In this document: positions 28,565 through 37,769 of the stretch, piece by piece
Numbering within the stretch: position 1 is the first letter of the stretch
Layout: every line of letters starts with the position of its first letter
Assembly (NCBI GenBank): GCA_963668175.1
Contig: OY764159.1
Span: forward strand, 4,416,001-4,480,000
Source: Syntrophales bacterium
Lineage (GTDB): Bacteria; Desulfobacterota; Syntrophia; Syntrophales; PHBD01
Length of the DNA: 64,000 nucleotides
Direction of reading: 5' to 3'
Translations under genes and position numbers: made by a program
The notes under the pieces: model-generated
What the model saw: only the letters and a program-made list of their open reading frames with translations
Databases searched by the model: none
What the model was told of the DNA's origin: nothing

Positions 28565-29398
28565 TCAGCGTTTTAGCCGCGGATCAAGGGCGTCCCGGAT
28601 GCCTTCCCCCAGGAGGTTGTAACCGAGGACCGTAACGAGAATGGCCAGTCCCGGGTAGAGCGAAAGCCACCAGGCGATATCGATATTGTCCTTGCCGGCC
28701 GTCAGGATATTCCCCCAACTCGGCGTCGGCGGCTGAACTCCGATTCCCAGAAAACTGAGGGCCGATTCCGTCAGAATCGCGCCGGCGATGCCCAAGGTGG
28801 CAGCCACAAGAACCGAAGCCATGGCATTGGGAAGCATGTGGATAAAAATGATCCTGGCATCCCCCGCCCCGATGGCGCGGGCGGCCTTGACGAAATCCCG
28901 TTCCCGCAGGGAAATGAAATCGGCGCGGACCAAGCGCGTGATTCCCATCCAGCCGGTCAGTCCGATGATGATCATGATATTCCAGATGGAGGGTTCCAGG
29001 AGGGCAATAACGGCTAGGATAAGAAAAAAGGTCGGAAAACAGAGCATGATATCGACGAAACGCATGATGACGCTGTCAACCCACCGGCCATAGTAACCGG
29101 CAACGGACCCCAGAACCGTGCCGATGAGGATGGCAATGCCCGTCGCCACAAATCCGACCTTGAGTGAAATCCCCGCTCCCCAGACCATGCGAGAAAGGAC
29201 ATCCCTCCCCAACTGATCCGTACCGAACCAGTGTTTGGCCGAAGGGGGGTCCAGGATATTCTTCAGGTCGATGGCATTCGGATGATATGGGGCGAGCCAC
29301 GGCGCCGTGAGAGAGACGACGAACATCGCCAAGACGATGACGAATCCCGCCACGGCCATCTTGTTCTTCAGAAATTGTTCCCAGAAATTTTTCGTCAT
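28565..29398 (-). CDS. Peptide/nickel ABC transporter permease (OppC/DppC family)
   Basis: HWFGTDQLGRD, EAA-like FVKAARAIGA, ESALSFLGIG, PSWG. Confidence 0.92.
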   Translation of the reverse strand: MTKNFWEQFLKNKMAVAGFVIVLAMFVVSLTAPWLAPYHPNAIDLKNILDPPSAKHWFGTDQLGRDVLSRMVWGAGISLKVGFVATGIAILIGTVLGSVAGYYGRWVDSVIMRFVDIMLCFPTFFLILAVIALLEPSIWNIMIIIGLTGWMGITRLVRADFISLRERDFVKAARAIGAGDARIIFIHMLPNAMASVLVAATLGIAGAILTESALSFLGIGVQPPTPSWGNILTAGKDNIDIAWWLSLYPGLAILVTVLGYNLLGEGIRDALDPRLKR

Positions 29399-29408
29399 GG
29401 TCGGCAAC

Positions 29409-30383
29409 TCACGAAACGCGGATTCGGGGATCGGCCAGGGCGTAGCACACGTCGGCAATCAGATTGCCGGCCAGGGTGAGGATCGCCCCGATCAGCAGAA
29501 TGCCCATGACGACGGGGTAGTCCCGGGCCATGACGGATATATAGAACAACTGGCCCATACCGGGAATGGCGAAAACAGTCTCGAAGATGACGCTCCCCCC
29601 GATCAATCCCGGGATGGAAAGGCCCAAAATCGTGATTACGGGCAGCAGGGCGTTGCGCAAGGCATGCTTGTAGATGACGGCCCGCTCGCTCAATCCCTTG
29701 GCCCGGGCGGTCATGATATAGTCCTGGCGGATCACTTCCAGCATATTGGAACGCATGTACCTGGACATTCCGGCCAGGCCGCCGAAAGCCGAAAGAGCAA
29801 CGGGCAGGACAAGGTGCTTCAGGAGGTCGGCCCAGCGATCCCAGGTCGTCATATACTCGTAATTCAGGGAACGGATTCCCGATATGGGAAACCAGCCCAG
29901 ATCGACACCGAAGAGAATCATCAGCAGGAGGGCCAGCCAGAACGTGGGAACGGCAAAGCCGACGAAGACCAGAACACTGGCAGCCCGGTCGAAGGTCGAA
30001 TTCTGATGGACCGCCGCGTAGACGCCGAGCGGTATCGCCACCATCAAAATCAAAACAAGCGACAGAATATTGAGGAAAACTGTAATGGGTAATCTTTCCA
30101 GTATCTTGTCGGCAACCGGTCTATGGTCCGGGGAGAAGGATTTGCCGAGATCGAGATGCAGCACTTTCTTTATCCATATGGCATACTGCTGGTACAGCGG
30201 TTTGTCGAGATCGTACATGGCCATGAGGCGTGCCTTGGCCTCGGCCGACGCCCTGGGATTCATCTGAGTTTCCATATCGGTCGGAGAACCCGGGGCGAGA
30301 TGCATAACGGAAAAACAGATGATGCTGATCCCCACGAGAAGGGGAATCATGAGGAAAAGTCGTTTCAGGATATATCCGCCCAT
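29409..30383 (-). CDS. Peptide/nickel ABC transporter permease (OppB/DppB family)
   Basis: [42 protein letters not shown]. Confidence 0.92.
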   Translation of the reverse strand: MGGYILKRLFLMIPLLVGISIICFSVMHLAPGSPTDMETQMNPRASAEAKARLMAMYDLDKPLYQQYAIWIKKVLHLDLGKSFSPDHRPVADKILERLPITVFLNILSLVLILMVAIPLGVYAAVHQNSTFDRAASVLVFVGFAVPTFWLALLLMILFGVDLGWFPISGIRSLNYEYMTTWDRWADLLKHLVLPVALSAFGGLAGMSRYMRSNMLEVIRQDYIMTARAKGLSERAVIYKHALRNALLPVITILGLSIPGLIGGSVIFETVFAIPGMGQLFYISVMARDYPVVMGILLIGAILTLAGNLIADVCYALADPRIRVS

Positions 30384-30513
30384 ACAAGTCCTTCGACAAA
30401 CGGTTGCCTTCGTAGTTGAAAATGGAATCCGCACTATAACCTTGACAGGCCGTTGTCATATCATATAGCTTTGGCGACATTAACAGAAAACGGCAGCAAC
30501 GCCAAGACCGCTT

Positions 30514-31080
30514 ATGGGAAAATCCTTCAAAAAAGCCAGATTTGCCATCCGCATGATGTTTTATCCGCTGCGCCGGCTCCTGAGAAAAGTCGGCGTCGGA
30601 TATGACGTGGTGACGCTGATCAACGACTATTACCGCGAAGATTTCGACCGGGTTCCAACCAGGGACATGGCCGTGTTGCTTCCCCACTGTCTGATCGACG
30701 AAAAATGTCCCGGCAAATTTTCCAAAGACGACGGCATCATTTGCAGCAAATGCATGAAGTGCAACTGCGGAGACATCAAGAAAATGTGTGAAGAGCGCGG
30801 CATTCAGTTCTATATTTCGCCCAGTTCCGGTTTTTCCCAGCGCCTCGCTCAAAGGAAGAATCTGAAAGCGGCGGTCGGCGCCATCTGCCTGTATGAAGTG
30901 GAGAAGAGTCTGCGGAACATCCGACTTACGGGCCACGGCGTCAGACTGAAATCACGGAAGGTGATACCCCAGATCGTTTTGGCGGCGGAATACGACTGCC
31001 TTAACAACGGCATGGACTGGGACGGCTTAAAAAGAATCATCGATCGTATGTTTTCAAATTCCGCGTCCCCGGTGAAATAA
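30514..31080 (+). CDS. DUF116-family Cys-rich protein
   Basis: LLPHCL, C..C.KC.C and GAIC motifs. Confidence 0.75.
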   Translation: MGKSFKKARFAIRMMFYPLRRLLRKVGVGYDVVTLINDYYREDFDRVPTRDMAVLLPHCLIDEKCPGKFSKDDGIICSKCMKCNCGDIKKMCEERGIQFYISPSSGFSQRLAQRKNLKAAVGAICLYEVEKSLRNIRLTGHGVRLKSRKVIPQIVLAAEYDCLNNGMDWDGLKRIIDRMFSNSASPVK

Positions 31081-31346
31081 AAAATATGAACCGCGCCATA
31101 GCGCTGGCCCCTTCCCTGCCTGGATACATTACTTTTCGATATTATTACTGAATAATCCGCTTTTACGCCGAATTGTTTTTGGTAGAAGTTGCCAAAAAAA
31201 TGTGATACCTAGGCCTGTAAATCAGCAGATGGATTCGTTTTGTAAAGACATCCATGGCCCCGCCCATCCGCTCTCCGAAAAGAAAAGCACAGGGGGAGGG
31301 AGTCGATTCATCGGTCCGATCGCCGTCAACGAAGGAATGGTGTATC

Positions 31347-33599
31347 TTGTTTAAGAAAATCTATTGGTCGGTAAAGAAATGGTGGACCGATGTTCTGGGA
31401 ACCCGTCAGTATTTCCGCTACCTGGAGAAGGAAGACCGCAGGAGGCGCCTGGCCGGCCAATTCCTGACATTCATCAGTATCACGCTGGGCGTTATTTACC
31501 TTGTCTGGCATTGGCAGCATATCAACTGGGATGTCTGGTATTATTCATTTGCATTCTTCATTGCTGAGCTTAACGGCTTAATCCTCTTTTCCTTCTTTTC
31601 CTTCAACGCCTGGTTTCTGAGATATCACGAACCGGCCGGCCTTGCCGAAGAGAGATCCTATTCCGTCGACGTATTCATTCCCGTCGCCGGAGAACCCATC
31701 CAACTCGTCAGAAAGACGGTCGAAGCCGCCCTGAATATCGATTTTCCCAACAAAAAGATTTACATCCTGGACGATAAAGAGAGCGAAGCCTACCGGCAGC
31801 TTGCCGAAGAGACCGGATGCGGCTATTTTGCCCGAAAGGAACACAGCAATGCCAAGGCAGGCAATCTGAACTATGCGTTCAAACGAACCGACGGCGACCT
31901 GATCCTGGCCCTCGACGCCGACCAGGTCCCGTATCCTGATATTGTGAACAAGCTTGTCGGATACTTCAAGATTCCGAAAATCGCTTTTGTCCAGACCAAA
32001 CAGAATTTCGAAGTTCCGGTCGGCGATCCGTTCGGCAATACGGACCGTATATTTTATAACGTCATGCAAAGCGGCAAGGACAACGATAATTCGGCGTTTT
32101 CCTGCGGTTCGGGCGTCATCTACCAAAGGGAGGCGCTCCAGGAAATCGGCGGTTTCAGCACGTGGAACCTCGTCGAAGACGTCCACACATCCATGCTTCT
32201 GCATGAACGGGGCTGGCGTTCTGTTTATTACAACCACCCCCTGACCAAAGGAACGGCCCCTGCGGATATCTACGGCGTCTATACCCAGCGCCGGCAATGG
32301 GCAGCCGATTCCCTGAGGATTATGTTCTGGGACAATCCTTTCTTTCACAAGGGGCTCAGCTTCAAACAGAAGCTGCAGTATTTCCATCTGGGTTTTGTCT
32401 ATCTGGTCGCCGCTTTCGTCATGCCCTTTTTCTTCATCACGCCCATTTTGGCCCTGCTCGTACAGGAATTCGTCCTCACGTCGCCCGTCGCCACTTACGT
32501 CATCCACCGGTTCCCCTATTTCATTGCTATGTCGATGGCCTACGGTCTGATCAACTATCCGACACCCTACATGAAGGCGTTTCAGATGTGGACAGGCCTC
32601 TTCCCCCCTTTCATCCGGGCGACATGGATGGCGCTCCTTTCGAGAAAAAAGAAGCCGACGTACCGCGTCAACGTCAAACCGGGGGCAAAGAAGAAAAGAA
32701 GGAAGAGTCCCTGGATTGCCGTCATTCCCCAACAGGGAATCATCATTCTCGCGATCTTCGCCATGATTTACGGTTTCATCGAATGGGAGAACAAATCTTG
32801 GGATTTTTACATCCTGAACTGCATCTGGGCATTCTGGTCCATCTGGACCATGAGCGGGATATGCATTGCCGCCGTCAAGAAGCATAAGTGGCCGGAAGAG
32901 GATGCGGCAGGAACCAAGAAGCCCGTGCCTTTCTTTTCCCGGATCGGGGAGCTGGTTTTGACGGTCGTCCTGTCGGCCGGTGTCCTCGTTTTCTTTACGC
33001 TTGGAGATATGACGGAAGTCAATAAATTCATGACGAGTTTCCGTCTGGAAGTCCTGACGACGGTCGGAATCGAAAAACCTGTTGCGAAAATCGGCCAGGC
33101 GATTTCTCCGCAAACACCTGCAACGGAAGCGGGTATGAGTGCCACGGTCCTTTCGCCGTCCAAGGTCCAACCCGTTCCGCTCCAGGAAAAGAAGGAAGAA
33201 ACCCCTTCATCTCCAGCGCCGGCCGTACCGGTTCAGACGACCGTAGCCCAGGAGAAAACGGCCAGCCCACCGCCCCCCCCGGAGAAAAAGAAGGAAGAAG
33301 TCTTAAAGACGGACGGCGACTGGGCGGTGCAGGTGATTGCCGTACACACCAAGAAAGCAGCGGACGAGCAAAAGGCGAAACTTAAGGCAGCCGGCTTCAA
33401 CGCATACACGTATCAGCCGCCGTCGAACGTCAGAAAGAAAAAGAAGCCCTGGGTCCGGGTTTTTGTAGGTTTTTACGCAAGCAAGGAAGATGCCCAAAAG
33501 GCCGGAGAGAAAATCCGGGAAACGGTATTCCCGTCCAAGAAGCCGTACTGGAGCGTCAGATTTTCGCCCAAGGATAAGGAGATGCTCGCTGGAAATTGA
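31347..33599 (+). CDS. Processive GT2 polysaccharide synthase (cellulose-synthase-like) fused to a C-terminal SPOR domain
   Basis: LDD, AKAGNLN, LDADQ, SCGSG, VED and QRRQW motifs; multiple TMs; Pro/Thr/Glu linker; SPOR-like WAVQV...WVRVFVGFY.S.EDA. Start uncertain (31254 or TTG 31347). Confidence 0.85.
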   Translation: MFKKIYWSVKKWWTDVLGTRQYFRYLEKEDRRRRLAGQFLTFISITLGVIYLVWHWQHINWDVWYYSFAFFIAELNGLILFSFFSFNAWFLRYHEPAGLAEERSYSVDVFIPVAGEPIQLVRKTVEAALNIDFPNKKIYILDDKESEAYRQLAEETGCGYFARKEHSNAKAGNLNYAFKRTDGDLILALDADQVPYPDIVNKLVGYFKIPKIAFVQTKQNFEVPVGDPFGNTDRIFYNVMQSGKDNDNSAFSCGSGVIYQREALQEIGGFSTWNLVEDVHTSMLLHERGWRSVYYNHPLTKGTAPADIYGVYTQRRQWAADSLRIMFWDNPFFHKGLSFKQKLQYFHLGFVYLVAAFVMPFFFITPILALLVQEFVLTSPVATYVIHRFPYFIAMSMAYGLINYPTPYMKAFQMWTGLFPPFIRATWMALLSRKKKPTYRVNVKPGAKKKRRKSPWIAVIPQQGIIILAIFAMIYGFIEWENKSWDFYILNCIWAFWSIWTMSGICIAAVKKHKWPEEDAAGTKKPVPFFSRIGELVLTVVLSAGVLVFFTLGDMTEVNKFMTSFRLEVLTTVGIEKPVAKIGQAISPQTPATEAGMSATVLSPSKVQPVPLQEKKEETPSSPAPAVPVQTTVAQEKTASPPPPPEKKKEEVLKTDGDWAVQVIAVHTKKAADEQKAKLKAAGFNAYTYQPPSNVRKKKKPWVRVFVGFYASKEDAQKAGEKIRETVFPSKKPYWSVRFSPKDKEMLAGN

Positions 33600-33600
33600 A

Positions 33601-34497
33601 ATGCCGGATAGATGCATCGGCCTTTATCTGCCGGAAGATTTCACGGTATCTGTACAAAAGGCCGCTCAGTATCAAACGTCGTGGGCAAAGCGAATTGCGA
33701 TACTCTCCTTTTTTACGGCATGGGGAAACGGATTCGAAAATCCCGACCTGACGGGGATCGAACTGGCCGCGCGAAACGGTTATCTGCCGATGATAACCTG
33801 GGAGCCCTGGCGGTATCACGATCCGTCGAACGCCGGAAAACCGGAAGACCAGCCCGATTTTTCGCTCTCTGAAATCCTGAAAGGCAGGTATGATGCCTAC
33901 CTTCGGCGGTGGGCCGCGGATCTTGCGGCTTTAAGAAGCCCCATCCTGTTCCGTCCGATGCACGAGATGAACGGTAATTGGTATCCATGGTGCGGAACGG
34001 TCAACGGAAATCGTCCGGAAGCGTATGCAGAAACGTGGCGCTACATCCGCTCCATTTTCCGCGAAGAGGGAACCGGCCCATTGATATGGGTTTGGTCTCC
34101 TTACGCGCATTCCGTCCCGGACGAGTCGGGCAACGAAATGGATCTTTACTACCCCGGCAACGGGGAGGTGGACTGGCTTGGTCTGGACGGTTATAACTGG
34201 GGAGACAGCCGTCCCTGGTCGCGGTGGCAGAGCTTCGATGAAATCTTTCAAAAAGGGTACGATTGCCTGGTAAACCTCGCGCCTGAAAAACCGCTTATGA
34301 TTGCCGAGACGGGATGCGCGGAGGAAGGGGGCGACAAGGGCAGGTGGATCGCCGAAGCAGCGGAAATACTGACAGGACGGTTCCCTCAGATCAAGGCGTT
34401 GATATGGTTCAACACGAATAAGGAATGCGACTGGCGCATCGATTCGTCTCCTGAAAGTTCGCAAGCCTTCAGGGATCATTGGAACTGGAGTCATTAA
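33601..34497 (+). CDS. Glycoside hydrolase family 26 (mannanase/lichenase-like)
   Basis: ITWEPW, RPMHEMNG (acid/base Glu), YYPG..VDWLGLDGYN, MIAETG (nucleophile Glu). Confidence 0.88.
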   Translation: MPDRCIGLYLPEDFTVSVQKAAQYQTSWAKRIAILSFFTAWGNGFENPDLTGIELAARNGYLPMITWEPWRYHDPSNAGKPEDQPDFSLSEILKGRYDAYLRRWAADLAALRSPILFRPMHEMNGNWYPWCGTVNGNRPEAYAETWRYIRSIFREEGTGPLIWVWSPYAHSVPDESGNEMDLYYPGNGEVDWLGLDGYNWGDSRPWSRWQSFDEIFQKGYDCLVNLAPEKPLMIAETGCAEEGGDKGRWIAEAAEILTGRFPQIKALIWFNTNKECDWRIDSSPESSQAFRDHWNWSH

Positions 34498-34528
34498 CGA
34501 TCAATAACGGATTGCAAAAGGACGGGCT

Positions 34529-35287
34529 ATGAGAGATCAAGCATGGGTGCATAGGCAGGACATAAAAATCGGGCGATGGTTTTTTCTATGGTTATTCTTA
34601 TTTCTAACACTTGCTTCCGCCCGTTCATCTTACGCCCTGGATTTTTCGACATTCGCCGGAGGAGAAATCGACGGTCGCAATCAGGGATTCTCTTATCTCG
34701 GCTTCGAGTTGGCCCAGAAGATCACGAATCACGTCGCCGTTGCCGGGAGGGTCACTCCGAGCTACCTCGTTTACAAATACTATTCGGGTGACACGATCAT
34801 TCGAGCCACGTCGCCGGGGATCACCCCTGTGGCTGGTCTCAAATTTTCCTGGGAGAAAACATCTTTCGGCATCTTCGGCGGAGGGGAATTCAGAAACACG
34901 ACGTTGAGTCCCGATGATCAAAATGCGTCCGTAAGGGGGGCCTCATCGGCAGGAGTCGTTCAGGGCGAATTCGACCACTGGTTCCCGACCAAGACAAACT
35001 TCAGCGTCTGGGGGAGCTACAGCGGAACGAGCGATTTTTCTTATGAAAAGGCCAGGATCAAGCAGCAAATTACCAACTTGGACTACAAAGGGCCAGTGAA
35101 TCTTATGGTCGGAATTGACCAGACCTACGGGAGAAACGCGGATTTCCATGGAATAACGGTAGGCCCGATGGTCGAGATGTACTACATCCCCTGGAAAGTC
35201 TCGGTTGCGCTGCGGGGCGGGTATAAGCACGATTCGACCTTCGGAGGCGGAGGCTACGGCGGTATTGAATTGTATAAAGGATTCTAA
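34529..35287 (+). CDS. Outer-membrane beta-barrel protein, BcsS-like
   Basis: Signal peptide (..SYA|LD), alternating amphipathic strands rich in G/Y, C-terminal Phe (IELYKGF). Confidence 0.6.
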   Translation: MRDQAWVHRQDIKIGRWFFLWLFLFLTLASARSSYALDFSTFAGGEIDGRNQGFSYLGFELAQKITNHVAVAGRVTPSYLVYKYYSGDTIIRATSPGITPVAGLKFSWEKTSFGIFGGGEFRNTTLSPDDQNASVRGASSAGVVQGEFDHWFPTKTNFSVWGSYSGTSDFSYEKARIKQQITNLDYKGPVNLMVGIDQTYGRNADFHGITVGPMVEMYYIPWKVSVALRGGYKHDSTFGGGGYGGIELYKGF

Positions 35288-35345
35288 TTTTCGGGAACGA
35301 TGAACGCCTGCCGGAAGAGGCTGGAGACGCGTTTTGACGTAAGAT

Positions 35346-35362
35346 TGTAAGATTTTTTTACA
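35346..35362. promoter_or_regulatory. Enhancer-like palindrome (TGTAA-N7-TTACA) upstream of the PEP-CTERM gene
   Basis: TGTAAGATTTTTTTACA, about 210 bp upstream of a sigma54 motif. Confidence 0.55.
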
Positions 35363-35571
35363 AAATCGAAAAAGAGCAAATTTATCTTCAATTACAGATC
35401 CTTTAATCTCCCAAAAGCCGCTGGGCGAACCGACGGCGTCAGCTATCTTTACGGTGCATGACTATGATTTACGCATAGTTGTGCACATTATTACTTCTCC
35501 AAACAATCAAATATCATACATATGGGGCAGTTAGCCACCGGAGACCACTGATACTGGAGGAACCCTAGGGG

Positions 35572-35587
35572 CGGCATATTTATTGCA
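35572..35587 (+). promoter_or_regulatory. Sigma54 promoter of the PEP-CTERM gene
   Basis: CGGCATATTTATTGCA with GG-N10-GC spacing. Confidence 0.65.
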
Positions 35588-35637
35588 ATTATTTACATAA
35601 TTCGAATCAAAGAAATCCTTCACAGGGGGAATATATC

Positions 35638-36366
35638 GTGAATATATTCAAAAGATTATTTCTTATTTTAACTTTCCTGGCTATCACAACAGGCCTCGGA
35701 ACAGGAACGGCCTTCGCTTATCAGATTTATATCGACGGCAGGGACGATGCCGGGACATACGGGGGCGAACAAGCCTTTGTCACTTTAATGTATGACGGCG
35801 GATCTATGCCTGTCACAACGGGTGACGCCGCAACACGCTGGACCAGCCAAGCCGAAGTATGGGCCTATGCAGGATCAAAAAATGTCGCCAACCTTAACGC
35901 ATGGATTAAATCCGCCGGAAACATCTGGTCATCAGATACGACGGTCGGAGAGTCATTGACCGGGCTCTCGGCCGGCACTTACCACATCACTCCGGTACAG
36001 GCCACTTATCTGGCTTTTCAGCGGGACACCTTCAATTGGAGTAATTACTACGGAAAATACTGGTGGGAATTGAAGATCACTGCTACGAATGTTTACGTAG
36101 GCGGAACACATTATGACTCCTATGACTTCACCCTTGGAACCAACCTCGGATACGATACAGCGTCATTAGCTTTCGATTCGGTTCTGAACAGCTATCTGGA
36201 CGTCATCCTGGGAGACGGAGGAACGCTCACCTTCTGGATATACGATGACGGCACCGTCGACAACGCCGGAGGACTTTCCGTGGAAATAACGATGGTCCCC
36301 GAACCCTCGACGCTGCTTTTATTGCTGCTCGGCGTTCCCTTTGTCTTAAGAAAATTCCGGAAATAA
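35638..36366 (+). CDS. PEP-CTERM sorting-domain surface protein
   Basis: Signal peptide (TAFA|), low-complexity G/T/Y/D-rich body, C-terminal VPEPSTLLLLLLG...RKFRK. Confidence 0.92.
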   Translation: MNIFKRLFLILTFLAITTGLGTGTAFAYQIYIDGRDDAGTYGGEQAFVTLMYDGGSMPVTTGDAATRWTSQAEVWAYAGSKNVANLNAWIKSAGNIWSSDTTVGESLTGLSAGTYHITPVQATYLAFQRDTFNWSNYYGKYWWELKITATNVYVGGTHYDSYDFTLGTNLGYDTASLAFDSVLNSYLDVILGDGGTLTFWIYDDGTVDNAGGLSVEITMVPEPSTLLLLLLGVPFVLRKFRK

Positions 36367-36392
36367 ATCATCGTTTCAGGAGAACAAAAAAT

Positions 36393-36434
36393 AAAAGGGG
36401 TTGGCTCTCGTTAAACGGTAACCAACCCCTTTTT
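36393..36434. terminator. Bidirectional intrinsic terminator
   Basis: AAAAGGGGTTGG...CCAACCCCTTTT between convergent genes. Confidence 0.75.
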
Positions 36435-36576
36435 GTATCGTCCTTAAACGTCCTCAACACGTATCCAAAATCGCCGGCTTCATACCGGAACCCCCGGGCG
36501 ATTCACCACACGAAAGCTTTGCTCTTAATCAATCCAAGCCGTACCAATATATCGGCGCTGCTTGCGGCATTCTCCA

Positions 36577-37635
36577 TCAAAGTGGTCCCCGCTTTTCCCC
36601 GTGGATTTTCCGTGACGTTTCAATGAGTTTCGATATGATCATCGAGGGCAGCATGCCGGCGCTTGCCGCCTGCTCGAAGAAGAACGAAGACGGGGCCATG
36701 CCGGACGACGAGTTCGGATCGGTGACAAGGACGCGGCCTGAAGACGGGAGATAAAACCCGTCGATCCTGCCGTAGGAGCGGAAACCGAGCGTATGGTAAG
36801 CACGGATAACCTCCTTTTTGATCTTTTCAACCACGTCGGGAGCAAAATTTTTCGGCGGCGTAAACTTCCGGCACCTGCCGGGCATATACTTGTCGTCATA
36901 GGTGTAATAATCGCTCTGGGGATGGATTTCCGTCAATTCCAGGGGGACGGCGTCGCCGTCCATTTCGAGAACGATGCACGAAAACTCCGTCCCGTCGAGA
37001 AATTCCTCGACGAGGACCGCATTGTCCCACTTGAGCGCCTCACTGATCCCTTTACCCATATCGGCAACATCGACGATCTTCGTAACGCCGATACTGGACC
37101 CCTCCCGCGTCGGCTTCGTGACGAAAGGAACATGGAACTGTCCCGTGATCCGGGCGATCACCGACGCTTTGTCGCTTTCCCACTCAGACCGACGGACGAC
37201 ACAGCTTTCAGGTACATCGATCCCCGCATTCCTGAGCAGCATCTGCTGCATATGCTTGTCCATACCCAGGGCCGAAGCAAGTACTCCCGGCCCCGTATAG
37301 GGAATGCCCAGGAGTTCGAGAAGCCCTTGGATGCATCCGTCATCCCCATACTTGCCGTGGAGTGATATGAAAGCGAAATCGATCACTTGTTTAAGGTCTT
37401 CGTAAGCGATCCGGCGGGCCTCCCGGTCAAGGTGCTCCGAGATATCGACGGTCGTGTTCTGGGAAATGAGCTGCCAGGGAACGAGCCATAAGCGGCCTTC
37501 ATGATCCATGAAAAGGGGGACCGGCTCGTAGTATTCCCTGTCCATATTATCGTAGACATTTCTGCCGCTGTTTAAGGACACCTCCTTTTCCGACGACATA
37601 CCGCCAAAGATGATACCGACTCTCAATTTGTCCAT
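36577..37635 (-). CDS. ddl: D-alanine--D-alanine ligase family ATP-grasp enzyme
   Basis: FGGMSSEKEVS, LHGKYGDDGCIQG, MDK, KPTREGSSIG, YDDKY, RID. Confidence 0.85.
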   Translation of the reverse strand: MDKLRVGIIFGGMSSEKEVSLNSGRNVYDNMDREYYEPVPLFMDHEGRLWLVPWQLISQNTTVDISEHLDREARRIAYEDLKQVIDFAFISLHGKYGDDGCIQGLLELLGIPYTGPGVLASALGMDKHMQQMLLRNAGIDVPESCVVRRSEWESDKASVIARITGQFHVPFVTKPTREGSSIGVTKIVDVADMGKGISEALKWDNAVLVEEFLDGTEFSCIVLEMDGDAVPLELTEIHPQSDYYTYDDKYMPGRCRKFTPPKNFAPDVVEKIKKEVIRAYHTLGFRSYGRIDGFYLPSSGRVLVTDPNSSSGMAPSSFFFEQAASAGMLPSMIISKLIETSRKIHGEKRGPL

Positions 37636-37769
37636 GGGATGCCATTCCCCTCCTTCATTTCTTTTTAAGCAAATCTTCTCAGGACCATCTTCCTGCAGCC
37701 GGCAAGACGGTACGGCATACCGGCAATACGAAGCCCGAGCGGCACAAAGGGTTCCGGCCCGGTTCGATG

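Noticed and set aside
31578..33170. 530-aa antisense ORF (likewise 61917-63122, 16911-18020, 11536-12621, 3106-4080 and others)
   Set aside because: Shadow frames opposite well-supported genes, with no motifs; expected with GC-rich third codon positions.
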